Position numbers and translations under genes: made by a program
Shown here: one piece after another, positions 59,353 to 59,963 of the stretch
How positions within the stretch are numbered: the stretch's first letter is position 1
Layout: the number at the start of each line of letters is the position of its first letter
Assembly (NCBI GenBank): GCA_003223835.1
Contig: QHWR01000094.1
Span: forward strand, 1-59,963
Length of the DNA: 59,963 nt
Source: Acidobacteriota bacterium
GTDB lineage: Bacteria > Acidobacteriota > Vicinamibacteria > Vicinamibacterales > 2-12-FULL-66-21
Direction: 5' to 3'
Notes under the pieces: model-generated
What the model was told of the DNA's origin: nothing
Databases searched by the model: none
Seen by the model: only the letters and a program-made list of their open reading frames with translations

Positions 59353-59963
59353 ATGCCGGAGCTGACCGCGGTACGCCGGCTGAGCGCCGGCGCGGAAATC
59401 CAGCCGGACGGCGGCATCCACGCCCGCGTCTGGGCGCCCGCGTGCCGGAGCGTCGAGCTTGTTTTCGACGACGACGCCGGCGACCGGCGCGTCGTCGCGA
59501 TGTCGCGCGAGCCGGACGGACATTTTCAGGCGTTCGATCGTGCCGCGCGAGCGGGCGCGCGCTACTGGTTCCGGCTCGACGGCGATCGGCTTCGGCCGGA
59601 TCCCGCCTCCAGATTTCAACCGGACGGTCCCCACGGTGCGTCGATGGTGATCGACCCCGCCGCGTTCACATGGACGGATGAGGGTTGGGCCGGCGTGCCG
59701 CCGGAGCGCCGCGTGGTATACGAGCTGCACGGCGGCACCTTCACGCGCGAAGGCACCTGGTCCGCGGCGACGCGCGAGCTCGAGGAGCTGGCGCGGTTTG
59801 GCATCACCGTCATCGAATTGATGCCCGTCGCGGAATTCGTCGGCCGGTTCGGCTGGGGGTACGACGGCGTGGATCTGTATGCGCCGACGCATCTGTACGG
59901 ATCGCCGGACGATTTCCGCCGCTTCGTGAACACGGCGCACGGTCTGGGCGTCGCCGTGATTCT
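59353..59963 (+). CDS. treZ: Malto-oligosyltrehalose trehalohydrolase (GH13), 3'-truncated by the window edge
   Basis: Own translation: RVWAP, PDPASRFQPDGPHG, YELH.GTFT.EGTW, IELMPVAEF.GRFGWGYDGVDLYAP. Confidence 0.92.
   Translation, partial: MPELTAVRRLSAGAEIQPDGGIHARVWAPACRSVELVFDDDAGDRRVVAMSREPDGHFQAFDRAARAGARYWFRLDGDRLRPDPASRFQPDGPHGASMVIDPAAFTWTDEGWAGVPPERRVVYELHGGTFTREGTWSAATRELEELARFGITVIELMPVAEFVGRFGWGYDGVDLYAPTHLYGSPDDFRRFVNTAHGLGVAVI

Overview
A GC-rich bacterial chromosomal window. The gene content (acidobacterial-type VWA protein, ADOP-type permease remnant, phoH-ybeY-hlyC-era-mgtE-recO-glyQS-ppdK order) suggests Acidobacteriota, probably Vicinamibacteria; this is an inference. 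It is mostly housekeeping: hisS, aspS, glyQS, ppdK, mutL, rarA, greA, uvrB, mlaEFD, upp, hpt, rpiB, deoC, tRNA-Val(CAC), a sigma54-type efflux/two-component operon, a ClpP-like gene and a partial treZ. I found no CRISPR array, transposase, integrase or prophage gene. The unusual signals are: (1) about 14 gene-junction arrays of 7-nt tandem repeats built from many unrelated units, often as inverted pairs, plus 9-nt-repeat-capped long hairpins and REP doublets, several sitting in-frame inside genes; (2) a c-di-GMP-I (GEMM-I)-like riboswitch that keeps the ligand-contact bases but apparently lacks the tetraloop/receptor, upstream of a membrane-anchored trypsin-like protease; (3) RpiB and DeoC with microcompartment-type N-terminal extensions inside a nucleoside-salvage cluster with no shell genes nearby; (4) several clean internal deletions (era, a hybrid kinase, an ABC permease collapsed to 175 bp, a secreted protein) that may be sequence/assembly artefacts. 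All calls come from reading motifs by eye; no searches were run.
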